Part shown: piece by piece, positions 1-13,800 of the stretch
How the letters are laid out: the number at the start of each line of letters is the position of its first letter
How positions within the stretch are numbered: the stretch's first letter is position 1
Assembly: GCF_006345805.1 (NCBI RefSeq)
Contig: NC_043006.1
Location: 59,768,001 to 59,832,000, forward strand
Direction: 5' to 3'
DNA length: 64,000 nucleotides
Source of the DNA: Octopus sinensis
Taxonomy: Eukaryota
Program-made: the position numbers and the translations under genes
The notes under the pieces: model-generated
Database searches by the model: none
What the model was told of the DNA's origin: nothing
The model's input: the letters and a program-made list of their open reading frames with translations, nothing else

Positions 1-1711
1 TGTGTTTATGTCCCCGTCACTTAGCGGTTCGGCAAAAGAGACCGATAGAATAAGTACTGGGCTTACAAAGAATAAGTCCCGGGGTCGAGTTGCTCGATTA
101 AAGGCGGTGCTCCAGCATGGCCGCAGTCAAATGACTGAAACAAGTAAAGGAGTAAAGGAGAAAGGAGTATCATTCAGCTAGTATTAGGAACATAAATTGT
201 GACTAAGGTTTGGTGGAAGATTTTAATTCAAAACTTATGAAAACAAGACATTTGTACTCAGAGCCAGAGACGGTTTCAGCCGGGTTGATAATGAAAGGGT
301 TAAGGGAGTAATTGCAATGCATTCATATTGGAGACATCCATGGTTGTGTAATCAGCTAATGAAAGATCTACTGACTCAAGCTCTCAATTCAAATTCAAAA
401 TAGCAACAGTTGGATAGCAACAGAGAGTCATGGGAATTTGTGAGAGGCCTTGAAAAAGAAACTACTCAATAGTTGGATATATTTATAATTAAAGAGAGAG
501 AGAGATGGACAGAGACAGAAAGAAAGAACGAGACAACCATAGAAAAACAGTAGGAGAGATAAATAGAAAGACAGTCATACTGAGGGATAGAAAAAAATAC
601 TGATAGAGATATCAATTAGCAATCAGAGATGGGGTGGAGAGAGAGAGAGAGAGAAAGAGGAGATTAATATAAAATTATACTTAGGTATAGAGATAGGGAT
701 GTTTATAAAGCAAGAAAAGGAGGTTGGGAGATTAACAGATAAGCAATCACAAATAAGTAAAGAAATGAAGATATTAATGGACAGGGTATTTTTGGAAGAT
801 AGATAGATATCGGTCACTTTTTTTCTCTGTTTTTCCCTGAAAGCATGGATTAGCCATACATATTATTAAAAGCTTTGTTTAATTGCCAGATGCTTTATAT
901 GTCATGAATCTTTACTAGTTTTTATCAGAACCAATCCATTATTTTCTAATTGAGGGAATGATAATAAAGTCCTCACTTTTAGCTCAGCAACTTTCAGAAA
1001 AGCACAAATGTAAACACACAGATACGCAAGCATACACACACACGTCTAGTTTCCTTCAACCAAATTCAATTGCAAGGCATTAGTTGGCCCAGGGGTATAG
1101 GAGGAGACATTTGCCCAAGGTGCCATGCAGTGGAATTGAATCCACAACCACATGGTTGTGCAGCAAACTTCTTAACCATACAGCCATGCCAGCACCTATA
1201 TAATACACACACACACACATCCCAGAACATTTAATTGATTGCACAGTTTAACACCACTTCTTGATTCTGGATGTTAATACAATTCATTGACTGATAAAGC
1301 ATTCAAATCATGTCCTCAGACCAAATCTTGATGCTTGTTACCACAATAACTCACGAATCAGTGTTTCTTCTTCCCTTTTCTCCTAACATGTCTTGGAAAT
1401 CCTATAAAAAAAATAAGTGGTCCTTCCTAATTTGACTAAAGCATAAAAAAAAAAAAGTAAAACAAAAGCTGGAATTGAAATGAATTACCTGCTGAAGAAT
1501 AATTTACAGCTTTGGCTAATCTCACTGCTTGCTCTCCCATAGCTTTACGTACAGCTGGATCAATAAAAGTACTGGCCAGAAACAAAAGAAAGAGTTTAAG
1601 ATCAGCAGACGTTGGTAAAGAGAGAAGTGTTGCTGGGGTAGGACTACAAGTAAACTAGCAAAAGCAATAGATACGTAGAGGGGAGGGAAGCAATATAGTG
1701 TTTAGACATAC

Positions 1712-1806
1712 CTGGGTGCTTCTTCTATCACCTTCTGGTTCCTTCTCTGGATTGAACATTCTCGTTCATTTAAATAGACTGCATTTCCATGTTGGTCACA
1801 GAGTAC
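1712..1806 (-). CDS. PCCA: PCCA exon 9 (95 nt)
   Basis: ctactgtag|[31 protein letters not shown](S)|gtatgt; phase 0-2. Confidence 0.97.
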
Positions 1807-4800
1807 CTACAGTAGAAAGGTGGGTAAGAAATTAGGATGTAGGAGTGGCTGTGTGGTAAGTAGCTTGCTTACCAACCACATGGTTCCGAGTTCAGTCCCA
1901 CTGCGTGGCACCTTGGGCAAGTGTCTTCTACTATAGACTCAAGCCGACCAAAGCCTTGTGAGTGGATTTGGAAGACGGAAACTGAAAGAAGCCTGTTGTA
2001 TGTATGTATATGTATATATGTGTGTGTGTGTCTGTGACAACCGATGCTGGTGTTTACATCCCCGTAACTTAGCGGTTAGGCAAAAGAGACCAATAGAATA
2101 AGTACTAGGCTTGCAATAAGTACTAGGCGACTAAAGGTGGTGCTCCAGCATGGCCAGTCAAATGACTGAAACACGTAAAAGAGTAAAAGAAAGAGAGAGA
2201 GAAGGTAGATGGACTGTAATACTGAATGTGTAGCACATTGCTGTACTCGAGAAGACCCACCCACCACAACAGAAGTGAGATTCTAAAGCCAAGGCGCCAC
2301 ATAAAAAGCATTGGTGTGGGTGCTGGTGCCATGTAAAAAAACACTGGTGTTGACGTCACATAAAAAGCACTGGTGATGGTGCCACGTAAAAGCACCCAAT
2401 ACACCCTGTGAAGTAGTTGGCATTAGGAAGGGCATCTAACTGTAGAAACCAAGCCAAAACAAATTATGGAACCTGGTGTGGACCTTGGCCTAGCCAGTTC
2501 CTATCAAACCAGCCAACCCATGCCAGCATGGAAAACAGACATTAAATGTTGAGGACGATGAGGATGATGACTTAAGTGTTCCTGTGTTAGGCGACACAAG
2601 GCAGTCAAAGTATTCCAGCATGATCAGTCAGCAGTAACCCCAACTGCTGCAATGCTTTTGCACTCTGTTTTTGTAGCTTGAGATTATTTTTTCAGGAACC
2701 TGACTGTCAACCACTTGCAATTGGGGAAGAGAGACTATCGTGGAGCTGTCCCTTTTCACTGCTAACTGAACTCCACCTTCAGTCACAGACACTTGGCTAT
2801 TGGTCTTCTTAAGACTCCTCAGTGCTGGCTATTGTTGCAGTTTTTCCCACCTGCCTAGATGTGCAGTGTCAACACCACCCCCTTACGTTTTTTAGTCTGC
2901 TGAGACAGTGTACCAATATGTGGCACTTGGAACTATCATCATCGTTTAACGTCCGCTCTCCATGCTAGCATGGGTTCGACGGTTTGACCGGGGATCTGGG
3001 AAGCCAAGAAGCTGCACCAGGCTCCAGTCTGATCTGGCAGTGTTTCTACAGCTGGATGCCCTTCCTAACACCAACCACTCCGTGAGTGTAGTGGGTGCTT
3101 TTTACGTACCACCAGCACAGGTGCCAGGCGAGGCTGGCAACGGCCACGATCAGATTGGTGCTTTTTATGTGCCACCGGCATGGAAGCCAGGGGTGCATGA
3201 AAGCTAACATGCCTGCCCACCCACTTAGGTAGGGAGCAGCATGCTAGACACTAAAGGTACTATCTCTACCTAGTTCGATACAAGAGTAAAACAGAAACTT
3301 AGCAAAGAAGTTTAAATGAGAATGAGACAGGCTGATAGATATATAGATAACAAGTATCTAATCAATATAATGTTTCAGTGTAGGAGACAAGAGAAGCAAA
3401 AGAGAGACGACTTAATGGGGAAGAGAGAGAGAGAGAGAGAGAGAAGTAAATAGGAACATAGAGAGTAATGTTATGAAGTGTGACTGAAAAGGATTTAAAG
3501 TGAAAGAGTATGACTGAGTAATCAAATGAGTGAATGGCATACAAAAAAAATAAAATAAACATCTCAACCATTTTGAACTAGTCTGTTACAATGTGAAAAA
3601 GATTCAGACAATCTTTATATATAAAAGAAAGGTTGTGTGTCTGTCTACTCCGATTTAGATTCCTAACTACTCCCACATTTTGCGGTGCAGTTTAACCAAA
3701 ACCGGGTATCTTATAGTCGTGATTCATATCAAGCCCTTCTGGGTATTAGCGCGCGTCTACAATGAGTCTACGATTTAAAAATAATTTACCATCATTTTTT
3801 CCATTTTAATGCATATTTTTTTAATATAAGGGAAGTAACTCTCTAAAAATGTCTACGATGAGTCAACGATTTAAAAAAAAATTTACCATAATTTTTTTTC
3901 CATTGTTAATGCATTTTTTGGCTATAACTCTCTAAAAATGCTTTATAGTTATTTCCCTTACAAACCCGAGCAACGCCGGGCGATACTGCTAGTACTGTGA
4001 GCTCACAAGGAAGTTTACGTGCTTAGAGGGTTGTGACTTTTGTTAGAAATAGATAACCCTAGAGCAACGCTGACATTTTAAGATATCTTTTTAAAACAAA
4101 TTTTCATCAAAATAAGAATGAGTCAGACCTTATGTTATCAGAGAGCAGAAACATAAGAGGTCATATGTCAAGGTCCTGTATGATTTCATTATATTGGATC
4201 TTAGTACATCAGTCATGTTTCTGCTCACTGCCTTCTTCAATAATTTCCATGAAAATTGAAAACAGGGGTACTACTCTACACATATTAGGTGGAATATTAC
4301 CACCATCGTCAACCTTTTTTTTTTAATGCTTGCATGGGTTGAAGGGAGTATACGGAGGCAGATTTTCTATGGTCAGGTACCCTTCCTGTTGCCAACCCTC
4401 ACCTGTTACTAAGGCAAAGTAAATTCCCTCATGCCCTGACATGGTTTTGCAGAATATTGGAAATTGAACAACACTGCTTGTATGACAGTGACACTCATTT
4501 AAAACTATCATGTGATGTCAAAAACAAGGAGTCACAAACACACTGACATTTTATGATTTCACTTAAACAGAGCAGATAGCAAGTAGGATATTAATACAAA
4601 CAAGAGAGACATTTCAAACAGAGTCCAATGAAGGTCCTTGTCCAAAACATCAAACTTACATTAGTAAATTAGTTTGCTATAAGGTAGTGGAGAACTTTGA
4701 GGTTTTGAACAACAACCTTCATTGGATTAAGGGCCCTGTTTCAGAAGTCTTGCTTGCTTGTATTAATATCCCACTTGATATCTGAAAAGAGCCTCTCAAG

Positions 4801-7800
4801 CCAAAGAGGAAGCCTCTGTAGGGTCATTCAAACAGTAAGAAATAGCAGATCATTTCCATCAAATCACACTTTACAATTTTGAAAAAAAAGATGGGGAGAA
4901 AGATGGACATATCTTTTAAATTGTTGGGTTTGGAGAAAGTGACAATGACCATGGGTTTCCCAGGTCCTCAAAACCAGTGATACTAATGCTTTTAATGTTC
5001 CTCTTGAACCGAATTGAGACAACACCAGCAGAAAAGATATGAGCAGAGAAGGAAATCCTAAGGGTTGACATTCTGGGAAGAACGGATTAAGTGTAGTGGT
5101 AGCAGAATTGGACACATCTTGTCCTAGATATACAAAAAGATGGGTTGATTATGGCTGGAGAACCCTTGATCTGCTCAAAGCCGACTTGGACTAAACAACA
5201 GCAATAGCAACAAACACTCTTACATCAATAGTAAATCTTATACTGTTCTATAATTTTCTTCAAAGTGAATCAGAAGGAATTACTCATTAGTGAAAACACC
5301 TGATTTCAAACCAATTTTTTCAATTGTCTAAATAAACATTTCAATAAATAAATAAAGGTTTTGAAGGGCTAAGAAACACATCAACGATATAGAAGAATGC
5401 GGTGCTAAGGAACAAAACCTCAAAATGTATAAAAAGATTACATTATCTTACCTGAATCTCAATGTGGCGTGGATTGTCGATAAATTTTTCTATGAGCATT
5501 CGGTCATCACCAAAACTGGCAGCAGCTTCTTGCGTAGACAAACGGAATGCATCTCTATAATGAACCAAGTGGGAAACATCAGGTATTCAACATTGTTGTC
5601 ACAGAACATCTGCAATCTGTTTTAAATCAGGCAGGAGCAACATTTTTTTTAGCAGGAAGCTTTAAGAATTTATCACTACCATCATCATTGTTACTTCTAA
5701 ATCCATTTTTTCCTATAATGTCATGGGCTGGAGGAAACTTCTGGAGGCTGTATTTTACAGAAAGATGTGCTTCCTCACATTATCCCATATTTCTTTTTCA
5801 ACTGAATCCCAAGTCTTCACATGTCAAACCATTAAACAGCTGGATTTTTGCTCATTAGGGGACATAAACAGCATCACCACAGATGCCAATGTGAAAACAC
5901 ATGGACATGCACACACCTTCACACTTCCATACAGTCTCCCAAATTTCCCTCACAAGGCATTAGTCCATCTAAGGCTAGAATACATAGAAAACACTTGTTT
6001 AAAATGCTTTGCAATGGGATTGAACCAGAAACCGCAAAGTTGTGAAAAGAACTTAACACAACTATACCTGCACCTTTATCACCATCATAAATCTGTCCAC
6101 ACCACTAAAAACAATTTAACAAACTCCATTTATAGCACAGAGTACACAATATATTATACTTAGTAAATCATAAAAGACCTAATGATTACATCACAAAAAG
6201 TGTCTGTAAAAAGTTATTAAACAACTTATAATTACGACTTTATAAGTGCTAAATAATACATCTTAAGGGCCACATACAGCCTGATTGCAACAAATTACCC
6301 ATACCTTTTATATTTTTAAAGATTTGTGGTTTAACCCAAGGTCAATCCCCATTGAACAACCAGCATTCCAACCCATGGCCTTTCTGTATTCTTAAGGTAT
6401 CAAAAACATCATGTAATTATGCCCTTTCCTTATTTAAGCCAGTTAGCAGTGATTGAAGGATATTTGGTGGCTACCTCTAGCAGGTTGAGCCACCATACAG
6501 GGGCTCATCCTTCATTGGTTTAATCAGTGAGTCATCATTGACTAAAATGGCATCAATATTATTATTATTATTATTATTAATAATAATAAAGGCAACAAGC
6601 TGGCAAAATGCTTACCAGCATTTCGTCCGTCTTTACATTGAGTTCAAATGTCACTGGGGTTGACTTTGCCTTTCATCGTTTTGGGGTCAATAAAATTACT
6701 TCCAGTTGAGCACTGTGATTGGTGTGATCAGCTTTCCCCTTCCCCCAATACTGCTGGCCTTGAGCCAAAATTTGAAACAATAATAATCATTACTATTAAT
6801 AATAAAGGCAGTGAGTTGGCAGAATGGTTACCAGACCAGACAAAATGCTTAGCAGCATTTTTCCTGACTTTATGTTCTGAGTTCAAATGCAGCTGAGGTC
6901 AACTTTGCCTTTCATCCCTTCAGAGTCAATGAAATAAGAACCAGTTGAACGCAAGGGATCCTTCAAATTTCTGGCCTTGTGCCAAAATTTGAAACCATTA
7001 TTATCGTTAAACACCATTTGAACGTGATCGTTATCTGCGTCGCCTTACTAGCACTTGTGGTGGTGGCACATGAAAAAAAACATTCGAGCGAGGTCGTTGC
7101 CAGTGCCACTGGACCGGCTCCTGTGCAGGTGGCACATAAAAAGCACCAGTACCACCTATCTGGCCCTCGTGCCAGTGGCACATAAAAGCACCCACTACAC
7201 TCTTGGAGTGGTTGGTGTTAGGAAAGGCATCCAGCTGTAGAAATTCTGTTAGATCAGATTGCAGTCTGGTTCGCCAGACCTCAGTCAAATCATCCAACCC
7301 ATGCTAGCATGGAAAGCGGACGTTAAACGATGATGACGATGAGGTGGATTAGCAGAATTCTTAGTCCATTAGACAAAATGCCTTGAAGTGTTTTGTTTTC
7401 TTTACAATCCAAGTTTAAATCTTGCTACAGTTAACTTTGAATTTCCCCCCTTATAGATTGAGATATTAAAATTTTCAGTCAAGTACTATAGTGGATGGTA
7501 TTTACTAAACTCCTGTTACATATTCTGAGGCCTTGTGCGTATATTAGAAACATTATTGCTACTATTGTTAACAGAATCATTACATCAGACAAAAGGCCTT
7601 GCAGTATTTCTCTGGTTCTCTTCATTCTGTGTTCAAATCCTACCAAGATCAATTATGCCCTTCATCTCTCCAGGGTCTACAAAATAAAATACCAATCAAG
7701 TACTGGGATTCCACTATATTAACACTGGCAAAATCATTACATCCGACAAAATACGTCACAGTATTTATTCTGGTTCTTTATGATCTGAGTTCAAATCTTG

Positions 7801-10800
7801 CCTTTCATCTCTTTGGTGTAATAAAATAAAGTACCTGTCAAGTACTGAGACCAATGTAATCAATTAGCCTCCACCATTTCTGGTTTTGTGTCTATGTTAG
7901 AAACGTTTATTATTCTTTCAGAATCATTAACATAGCATTTCATCTGTCTTTATGTTCTGTGTTTAAATTCCACAAAGGTCAACTTTGTCTTTCATCCTTT
8001 TGGGGTTGATAAAATAAGTGCCAGCTAAGCACTGGGGTCAATGTAATCAACTCAGCCCCTACCCTGAAATTGTTGGCCTGTATTATTATTATGATGAAGA
8101 TGAAGCTGCTGCTGCTGCTGCTGATGATGATGATGGTGATGCTGCTGTTGCTGATGGTAAGCTAGCAGAATTGTTAGCATGTCAGACAAAATGCTTACTG
8201 ACATTTCGTCTTTCTTTACAATCTAAACTTAGATTATGTCAAGGTTGATTTTGCCCTTCATCCTTTCACATTGATAATATAAGTGTCAGTCACTTGATTA
8301 CTAGGGATGCTGTACTCAACTAGCCCCTCCTCAAAACTTCATGCCTTGTGTCTATATTAGAAAGGATAATTATTATTATTTTCATTATTACTATTATCAT
8401 TACTACTACTATTACTACTACTACTATCATTGTTGTTGTTCCAGCTCTTTATGTTCAAAGTCAGTGATGAGATTTAAAAAGGCATGAAGAAATCTCTAAC
8501 CATCTTAATTATAATAATAAAAATAACAATAATCATGGCTTCTAATTCAGGCTTTAAGCTAGAAATTTTAAGAGGAGGAGATAAGTGGATACCATCAACC
8601 CTAGTACAAAGACTGGTACTTTATTTTATTACCCCCCAAACACCTACACACCCACACACACACACACACACACATAGAGGATGAACGGCAAAGTTGACCT
8701 CAGCAGGATTTGAACTCAGAATATAAAGAGTCTTAAGAAATGCCACTAAACATTTTGTCTGGCATCCTAACAGTTCTGCCATCCCAATTCTTTCTAATTT
8801 TGGCACAAAGCCAGCAATTTTGAGTGAAGTGGGTAAGTCAATTGAGGGGGATACTCAATTACATCGACCCCCCCCCAGCACTCATCTGGTACTCATTTTA
8901 TCAACCCTGAAAGGATGAAAGGCAAAGTCAATAATAATAAAGGTTTCAAATATTGGTACAAGGCCAGCAATTTTAAGGGGAGGACGTTAGTCGATTACAT
9001 TGATGCCAGCGTTCTAATGGTTCTCATTTTATTGACTATAAAAGGATGAAAGGCAGAACACCAGGATTTGAACTCAGAATTTAAAGAGTTAGAATAAAAT
9101 CTAAGCTGTAATGATTCTGCCACTCACCAGGAAAAAACAGCCAGAGCTAAAACATCGATATTGAAATTTGAAATCTTAGATCAAACTGTTACCTTGCTTC
9201 TTTATCACTTCTGGCAATTCTCATCCCTTTTCCACCACCTCCAGCTGAGGCCTTGATCATAACAGGATAACCTATTATAGACAGTGAAAACGGTTGTTAT
9301 TTAAGGATGAACTCTGACATGGTTTGTAATATTAGAGGAAATGGCTAAAAGGTGAAGGCATTTGACTGCTGTACATATGGCCAGGAGTTCTTTACAAAAC
9401 TTTACAAAAGACAAATAAATGTGTAAAGTAACAACAGTTAAGGGGAGAAACAGGGAAGGACAGTTTCAGATACACATACCAGCATGCATAGATATGGCAG
9501 ACATGTAAACCCAACAGGTAGGTTTACAGGTAGTCAGAGAGAAAGACCAATGCATAAAATAGAAAACTAGACAGATTGGGTAGAGAAATAGCATGACAAA
9601 TAGTCATACAGATATAAAGGTAGGAACATAGGCAGACTGATAAATATAGGTAGAAAGATGGAAAGAAAAAAGAGACTTTAATAGAGAGAGAGAAACATAC
9701 CAATTTCATTAGCAAGTTGCACACAATGCTCAACGTCTTGGACTTCACCATCAAACCCAGGAATGAGGTTTACCTGAGCATCACCTGCAATGCGTTTACT
9801 CTCAATTTTATCACCCATAGACTGGATAGAGGCACTGTTTGGACCAATGAAGGCAACACCCATTTCATCCTAAAAGGAAACCACAGAATGGTTTATAAAT
9901 ATTAACTCATATCAGGGGTAGATGTGTGGTTAAGAAGTTTGCTTCCCAACCAAATGCTTTTGCTCAGTCCCACTGAGCAGACCTTGGGCAAGAGTCCTCC
10001 ACTATTGCCCGGAGCCAACCAAAGCCTTGCGAGTGGTTTCACTAAACAGAAACTGATAGAAACCCATTGTGTGTGTGTGTGTGTGACTGCGTGTGTACCG
10101 TTGGCGATTTTTTTTTCCTCCGTCTTCCCTTCTTTGGATCTTTCCTTTTCCTATGTTTCTAACGAAGAGCTCCGCTCAAAATGTTAAACCCTCCTTCTTT
10201 CCTGAACGTCCAATAATACTATACTTGTTCCACGTCCTCGCGTTGTTGTGTTTTCATGTTTGGATTAACTATATATATATATATGGCCGTCTGCTAGCTC
10301 AGTCTGGCACCTGTGCGGGTGGCACGTAAAAAGCACCCACTACACTCACGGAGTGGTTGGCGTTAGGAAGGGCATCCAGCCGTAGAAACACTGCCAGATC
10401 AGACTGGGCCTGAAGCAGCCTTCTGGCTTCACAGACCCCAGTTGAACCGTCCAACCCATGCTAGCATGGAAAGCGGACATTAAATGATGATGATATAGTT
10501 AATCCAAACATGAAAACACAACAACGCGAGGATGTGGAAGGAACAAGTATAGTGTTATTGGACGCTCAGGAAAGGAAAGAAAGAAGGAAGGAGGATTTAA
10601 CATTTCCAGCGGAGCTCTTTGTCAAAAACATAGGAAAAGGAAAGATCCAAGGAAGACGGAGGTAAAAAAAAAAAATCACCAACAATACACACGCGGTCAC
10701 ACACACATATATATATATAGTTGTTGGATAGGTGTTGGCTACTCATGAGTTGACAGGTTCTATTTTACATCCTGCAGGGTGTCCAATCACCCTCATCACC

Positions 10801-13800
10801 AAGCAAGCTTAGAGGGGTTGCCAGTTTAGTCGCCAATGACCCAAATATGCATGGGTTGGACGATTTTGACTGAGGGCTGGCGAACCAGATGGTTGCACCA
10901 GGCTCCAATCTTGATTTGGCAGTGTTTCTACAGCTGGATGTCCTTCCTAACGCCAACCACTCCAAGAGTGTAGTGGGTGCTTTTTACGTGCCACCGGCAC
11001 AGATCACATGAAAATGGTATAGGAGACTTTGTTTCAACCAACATTAATAGGCATAGGGGTGCAAGGCTAAGGTGAAAAGAAGCTGCAAATATACTGCCTG
11101 CACTGACCCATAACTCCCATACCTGCAACATCTGTGGGCTTCTTTGCAAATCATTGGCAGGACTCAAATGTCACATTTGACAAAAGCATAATGACTGACA
11201 AAGTGTAGGTTTTTGGATCCTCATACATCAAAACCGACGGGAGATTCCATCACATATATGTGAATGGGTGTCCATATCACACATGCAGTGTGATATGGAC
11301 TCTGCAAAACAAGTCAAACCATGATGAAATATTACATTACCTTGCTTGAAAACAGGTGAGGGTCGGTGAACGGAAGGGTATCTGACCACAGAAAAAATCT
11401 ACCTAAATAAATGCCATCTAACCCATGTATGCATGGAAAAGTCGGTATTAAAATGAAGATAAGGATGGTGCTTAAATACTGCAAGAGATGCATCAAATTA
11501 CTCAGATCTAATAGAGTGAATGACAAATTTAATTCCAAGTTGATATATTTCATGTTGTGGAGGCACAATGGCTTAGTGGTTAGAGAAGCGGACTCACAGT
11601 TGAGGGATAACAGGTTCGAATCCCAGACCAGGCGATATGTGTGTTTATGAACGAAAAACCTAAGCTCCGCGTGGCTCCGGCAGAAGGTAATGGCGAACTT
11701 CTGCTCACTCTTTCGCCACAACTTTCACTCTTTCCTCCTGCATCTTGCAGCTCACATATGACGAACCGGCGTCCCATCCAGGTGGGGAACCTATACGCCA
11801 AGGAAACAAGGAAACCGGCCCTTATGAGCCAGGTGTGGTTCGAGAAGGAACAAACATATTTCATGTTGCTTTAGTCCACTCAGTGTGCAAAAATGAGTAG
11901 TACATGTATTTCAAAGGGCCGACCTTGTCACATTCTATGTAACATTCGGAAAGAAAAAAAAGGAAAGATTAACCTTTCTACAGCCACCATGTTTTACCAA
12001 AACACACATCCTAGAAACTAACATAATGCTTTCTTAAACATATATATGGCTCTCTGTTAGATACGATGACAAGTGTTTCGGTTGATCTGATCAACAGAAC
12101 AGCCTGATCCTGAAATTAACATGCAAGTGTCTGAGCAATCTACAGACATGTGTACCCTTAACATAGTTCTCAGGGAGATTCAGAAAGACACAGAATCTGA
12201 CATGGATGACCCTTTGAAATACATGTACTACTCATTTTTGCCAGCTGAGTGGACAGAAGTAACACGAAATAAAGTGGCTTGCTCAAGGACACAATGAGCT
12301 GTCGGGAATTGAATTCACAATCATGGGACAAATACCCTAACCACTTGGCCACACGACTTCACAAATACACATATATGTGTATGTGCGTGTGTGTGTGTGT
12401 GTGTGTCATCAACATCATCATTGTTTTAACATCTACTTTTACCATAATTGCATGAGACAGAATTCATTGAGGCAGATGTTTTACAGATAGATTCCCTTGC
12501 TGTTGCCAACCCTTGCTTAATTCCCAGAAAACCAATACAACCTCCATGATCAGACATGTTTATATATCATCATCATCATCGTTTAATGTCTGCTTTCCAT
12601 GCTAGCATGGGTTGGACGATTTGACTGAGGACTGGCGAACCAGATGGTTGCACCAGGCCCCAATCTGATCTGGCAGAGTTTCTACAGCTGGATGCCCTTC
12701 TTAATGCCAACCACTCCGAGAGCGTAGTGGGTGCTTTTACGTGCCACTGGTACGAGGGCCAGTCAGGCGGTACTGGCAAATATATATATGTATGAGTGTA
12801 AATGTGTCCTTTGTCTTAACAGCAGGTAATGGTCGTAAACAAGTGTCACCGTCATACGTGTGGTGTTGTAGGTTTCTGATCTTCCATGTAAATATGTCTT
12901 ACTTTGGGAAAATATTACTTCACTTAGTAATAGGTGTGGGTTGGCAATCAGAAGGGAATCTAGCCATACAGACTTTGCACAACCCATGAAAGCATGGTGA
13001 AATGGACTTGTGTGTCTGTGTATACATATATAATTAATAGCTACAAAAGTAGTATTAATACCGAAAGATAATCTGGATCTCCAACATAATGTAGAGTTTG
13101 TGTTAGGCTACAAAATACTGTCATTCATCTTGAAAGGATCTCCCATAAGGACTAGTAGTGCGTAAAAGCATTCATAATTAGACAGACAGACACACACATA
13201 TATCTGATATACATAATTGGGAGAGAAAACAATCTATGTGATGCATGAAAAAATTAGGTATATATTTAATAAATAATGTGTATGTACACACAACTGTAAT
13301 TTTCAAACAATCATAACCAAATTAACGATATTACACACACATGCTTCATCGTCATCATCAATGTTTAACGTCCGCTTTCCATGCTAGCATGGGTTGGACG
13401 GTTCGACTGGAGTCTGGGAAGCCAGGAGGCTGCACCAGGCCCAGTCTGATCTGGCAGTGTTTCTACAACTGGATGCCCTTCCTAACACCTAACACCAACC
13501 ACTCTGTGAGTGCATACATATATAAAATTGTATGTCTATTAATAAAACAGAATTAACCACATCCACATAAAAACTCTGCAAGGAATGCAAAGTTAAATTA
13601 TTTATTCAATTAACACACACATATCATCATCAGTTAATGTCCATCATCAATTATGGCATAGGTTGAACAGTTTTATATGTGCTGCTAAACCAGAAGACTG
13701 CACCAAACTCCAGTCTGTTTTGACATGGGTTTTTAAAGCTGGAGGCCCTTCCTAACAGTAAACCACTTTACAGAGGGGAAAGTGCTTTTTACATGACACC

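Noticed and set aside
11567-11640. tRNA genes at SINE heads (also 21945, 43472, 48643, 57111, 53200-53280)
   Set aside because: A and B boxes are present but the acceptor stems are broken and each is fused to a repeated SINE body.
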